Below are positions 60,469-64,000 of a stretch of DNA of 64,000 nt, in pieces (position 1 is the stretch's first letter; each line of letters begins with the position of its first letter). This DNA comes from Sumerlaeia bacterium. Lineage in GTDB: Bacteria; Sumerlaeota; Sumerlaeia; SLMS01; JAHLLQ01. A program made the position numbers and the translations under genes. The stretch spans positions 176,893-240,892 of the forward strand of contig JAVJSW010000049.1 in assembly GCA_040219255.1 (NCBI GenBank). Direction: 5' to 3'. The notes below the pieces were generated by a model, which saw only the letters and a program-made list of their open reading frames with translations, had not been told where the DNA came from and ran no database searches.

Positions 60469-61980
60469 ATGCCCGCCGAGGTGGACGCCGCCATGGCCCC
60501 CGCCGCGCGACCCTTCATTTCGGAAAGGGGCGCCGCCCGGGCCGTTGCCTTGGCCGCCACGCTTTGGCTCTTGGCCTACTGGGGCTGGGCCCACGCGACA
60601 GGACGGGCCTGGATTTTCGAAGACGACGCCATCCGCATCAACTTCGTGCAGGTGATGGGCAACGGTCAATGGCCCCACGAATGGGGTTATGGATGGTTGC
60701 CACTGCCAACGTTATGGGGCGGGCTTTGGGCCTCGTTCCTGGGCGAACCGGTCGCGGGGGCGGTCAGCGCCGGTTGCCTCGCCGCGATGGTGGCGGCGCT
60801 GTGGCTGACGTGGGCGCTGGCTCGGCGGCTGGCTCCGCGGCAGCCTTTGGCGGCGGCGCTGGTGGTGGCGGCCTACGCCGCCAGCCCCATCGTGGCGCGG
60901 CTGGCCGCGTCGGCCCTCAGCGAGCCCCTCTTTCTCGCCCTCGCCCTGGGGGCCGGTTGGCTGCTGGGCGAGGCGGCGGCGGGCCGGCGCTGGGCGCTGG
61001 CCGGCGGACTGGCGCTGCTCGTGGGAACGCAGGCGGTGCGCTACGAAGCCTGGGCGGCGTCGCTGCTGACCGGCGGAGCCATGATCGCCCTCTTCCAGGC
61101 CCGCGCCCGCGGAGGGGCGATGCTGGCCGCGATGGCGGGGATGGCGGCGCTGGCGGCCTTTCCCGCGCTCTGGAGCCTCGGCTCCTGGATTCAGCGCGGC
61201 GATCCTTTCGCCTACATCAACGACTTCCGGGCCGTTCACTACGGCTATCACGCGGACCTGACCGTCGCGCGACGTCTCGCGCGCCTCGGCCCCGGATTCC
61301 AGGCCACCGCCGCGGGCTGGGGAGTGCTCGTGCTGACGGGGGCCGCCTGGGCCTTCGCCGAGCGCCGGGAGCGGGATGAATTTTCGCCCATTCCCTTGGC
61401 CGTTCTTGGCTTAGCCACCCTGGCCTTTCTTCTCCTGAGCGCCATCCGGGGCGAGTTCGCCCACGTCGCCCTCGACCGCTTCGTCGCCATCCCGATGCTG
61501 CTGCTGCTGCCGCTGGCGGCGCGGCCGGCCGGTTGGGTGCTCGATCACCTCCAAGGCTGGCGGCGCTTCGCATTCGCCGCGCTGGGGATTCTCGCCGCCG
61601 CCGGCGGATTCTTGGCGTTCGACAAGGGCTACGCCCTGACGCGGCTCGAGTTGCGCGAAAACCTCATGGACCTCCTGGCACCCGCCGATGTCGTCTGGTT
61701 CGTCTTGCCGGAGGGCCAGGAAGACGTCTTGCCGAACAGCCTCTCCGCCATCGGGCCGCCGAGCGTGGCTATGACCACCCGGCGCTTACCCGCCGAGGCC
61801 AGCGCGCGCCAACTGCTGGCCCTGATGAACGAAGGCCCCGGCTGGATCGTCCTCGATCCGCGTTTCGAGGCGGCGCCCGAACTGATCCGCCAGGCCCGGA
61901 CCGGCTGGCGGGTGCTTGGACCCGTCGATGAACTGTTGCTTTTCTTGAGGCGCCCGGACGATTCTTCTTCTGGACCGTAA
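60469..61980 (+). CDS. GT-C-like membrane protein (glycosyltransferase 39-like)
   Basis: EDD..R, WLPL, ALSEPLF, RYEAW; many TM helices. Confidence 0.65.
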   Translation: MPAEVDAAMAPAARPFISERGAARAVALAATLWLLAYWGWAHATGRAWIFEDDAIRINFVQVMGNGQWPHEWGYGWLPLPTLWGGLWASFLGEPVAGAVSAGCLAAMVAALWLTWALARRLAPRQPLAAALVVAAYAASPIVARLAASALSEPLFLALALGAGWLLGEAAAGRRWALAGGLALLVGTQAVRYEAWAASLLTGGAMIALFQARARGGAMLAAMAGMAALAAFPALWSLGSWIQRGDPFAYINDFRAVHYGYHADLTVARRLARLGPGFQATAAGWGVLVLTGAAWAFAERRERDEFSPIPLAVLGLATLAFLLLSAIRGEFAHVALDRFVAIPMLLLLPLAARPAGWVLDHLQGWRRFAFAALGILAAAGGFLAFDKGYALTRLELRENLMDLLAPADVVWFVLPEGQEDVLPNSLSAIGPPSVAMTTRRLPAEASARQLLALMNEGPGWIVLDPRFEAAPELIRQARTGWRVLGPVDELLLFLRRPDDSSSGP

Positions 61981-62073
61981 CCGGTTGGTCTGCTCCTTGC
62001 ACCTCGTCCCCTGTGCGACGGTGCGCGAGCAGCGCTCCACCACCGCGCCGCCCCCAGGAGTTGTGAACATCGA

Positions 62074-63210
62074 ATGCTGACCCGCTTTGGTTTTCCCATT
62101 GGCAAATTGTTTGGTATCCAGGTCCGTGTCGATCTGACGTGGATTCTGCTCTTCGGCCTGATCGTGTCGGTCCTGACCACCGACATCTTCGGCGACTTCG
62201 GCCTGGACCGGGGCGCTGCCATCATGCTGTCGGTGGCGACCGCGCTCTTGTTCTTCGCGAGCCTGCTGGCCCACGAATTCGGCCACGCGCTCACCGCCCG
62301 CGCCTTTGGTATCAAAACGCGCCAGATCGTGTTATTCCTCTTCGGCGGCGTCGCCCAGATCGAATCGGACCCGCGCAAAGCCCTCCACGAATTCCTCATC
62401 GCCGTCGCCGGACCCGCCGTCTCCGTGGCTCTGGCCGTGGTCTTCGGCGCGTTGTGGTGGCTCACTTCCGAGACCATCGCCCCCCCACTCTCCCAGGCCC
62501 TCTACTATCTCGGCTCGATCAACCTGATCCTGGCGATTTTCAACTTCATTCCCGGCTTTCCGATGGACGGCGGCCGGGTGCTCCGCGCGGCGATCTGGGG
62601 CGTCACAGGCAATTACCTGACCGCCACCCGCATCGCCTCCTGGTTCGGCCAGGGCTTCGGCTTCTTCCTTATGGGCCTGGGCGCCATCGGCATGCTGCTC
62701 GGCTGGTTCGATCTCGGCAGCGCCGTGCTCTACGGCTTCATGGGCTGGTTCCTGGCGGGCCTGGCGCGCCAGTCCTACCGCCAGGCGCAGATCACCGACG
62801 CCCTGCACCCCTACCTCGTGCGAGACCTCATGCGCCCCATCAACGTCGTGGTGCCCTCGACCCTCGATCTCGAAGACATCGTCGAACTCTACTTCCGCCG
62901 CGTCCGCACCGACACCTTCCCGGTGGTAGAAGGCGAACGGCTGCTCGGCTACATCTCCAACACCGACGCCGAACGCCACGAGCAGCGCCAGTGGCCCTGG
63001 ATCCAGGCCAAGGAAATCGCCCGCCCCTATCGCCGCGAAGACGGCGTGGACCCCGACATGGACGCCTTCGCCGCGCTCCAGAAAATCGCCGCCGGCCCCA
63101 CCCCCCGAGCCTCCATCCCGGTCTTCAAAGGCACCCGCCTGCTGGGCCACATCTTCGCCCAGGACCTCGCCGCCCTGATCGCCCGAGGGCGCGCGGGGCA
63201 GGGGGGATAG
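62074..63210 (+). CDS. Site-2 protease (M50) with CBS domains
   Basis: HEFGH, IAVAGP, FNFIPGFPMDGGR, CBS pair. Confidence 0.95.
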   Translation: MLTRFGFPIGKLFGIQVRVDLTWILLFGLIVSVLTTDIFGDFGLDRGAAIMLSVATALLFFASLLAHEFGHALTARAFGIKTRQIVLFLFGGVAQIESDPRKALHEFLIAVAGPAVSVALAVVFGALWWLTSETIAPPLSQALYYLGSINLILAIFNFIPGFPMDGGRVLRAAIWGVTGNYLTATRIASWFGQGFGFFLMGLGAIGMLLGWFDLGSAVLYGFMGWFLAGLARQSYRQAQITDALHPYLVRDLMRPINVVVPSTLDLEDIVELYFRRVRTDTFPVVEGERLLGYISNTDAERHEQRQWPWIQAKEIARPYRREDGVDPDMDAFAALQKIAAGPTPRASIPVFKGTRLLGHIFAQDLAALIARGRAGQGG

Positions 63211-63404
63211 CGCTAGCCCGCTCCCAAAACTACTTTTAAAAGATTTAGCTTGTCATGCGCTTGTTTTTCGCCAATCATTACAAATTGGCGGGACTGCGGT
63301 CATGGAATTTAGAAATCGAGAAAAAGTAAGACTCCACCGCCCAGGGGCATCGGCAGTCTAGCGAGAGGGCGCCCCGGCAAGTTCGGGGCACTGGAAGAAG
63401 AGAG

Positions 63405-63456
63405 AACCGACGCGATGCCGGCCCTTTCGCGCTTCCGGATCGCGTCGGTTTTTCTT
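63405..63456 (+). terminator. Intrinsic terminator
   Basis: AACCGACGCGAT...ATCGCGTCGGTT plus TTTCTT. Confidence 0.7.
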
Positions 63457-63695
63457 GTTCGGCGGCACGGAGAATGTTCAGGATGAAGAATCACCTATGA
63501 TTTCCTAAGAGCCCGCAATCCAGCGGCAAAGCCAATCTGTCCGTTCGCGGTGCCCTCTGCCGCGGAGCGAGAGGCAGACCCTGGCGTCACGCGTACCGAT
63601 GGCCGATCGAATCGGAATGCCATCGCAACCAGAACGATTTCCCGTACTCCGGCGCGGGAGCGTTCCCACTTCTCCTAATGGAAAGGCAAATCATC

Positions 63696-63845
63696 GTGCT
63701 TTATACGATCGCCATCATTCTTATCATCCTCTGGCTCCTCGGCCTCGTTTCCTCCGTCACCATGAACGGATTGATCCACATCCTGCTGGTGATCGCCATC
63801 GTGGTGATTCTTCTTCGCGTCATCAACGGACGCAGGGCGATTTAG
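63696..63845 (+). CDS. lmo0937-family small membrane protein (49 aa; absent from the ORF track)
   Basis: GTG start after GAAAGG; MLYTIAIILIILWLLGLVSSVTMNGLIHILLVIAIVVILLRVINGRRAI. Confidence 0.88.
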   Translation: MLYTIAIILIILWLLGLVSSVTMNGLIHILLVIAIVVILLRVINGRRAI

Positions 63846-64000
63846 CCCAACTTCGACAGCAATCACCATTTTCCGAGGTTTGGACCGGACGCTTCGGTTT
63901 GATTCTCCCTGTTTGCAGGGTTTTTCAGTTTCAAAACCCCTTGTAGTGGCGACCACCCCCTTGCGGATGGGTGGGGTTGTGTGCGAGAGAATCGGGCGAT

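Overview
High-GC bacterial chromosomal window, mostly housekeeping and envelope genes (glnB, trpA, larE, hslU, sucD, acnA, pth2, M29 and M50 peptidases, a YtrA/GntR-ABC operon, several large secreted proteins). Protein motifs are reminiscent of Ca. Sumerlaeota/BRC1; this is an inference from memory, not verified. The standout is a compact type V CRISPR locus between sucD and acnA. It has a 460-aa Cas12f1/TnpB-like nuclease with an intact RuvC triad (30326-31708), a ~340-nt hairpin-dense intergenic region with a candidate anti-repeat (putative tracrRNA), and a 13-repeat/12-spacer array (32047-32877). No cas1/cas2/cas4 is present in the window. A ~54-bp unexplained inverted repeat brackets acnA; one copy cuts into the last CRISPR repeat and the other precedes a low-GC gene with a HEPN-type RxxxxH motif. 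Also notable are a PAS/GAF histidine pseudokinase (H-box His to Gln) and other degenerate enzymes. All family assignments come from motif recognition by eye; no database searches were run.
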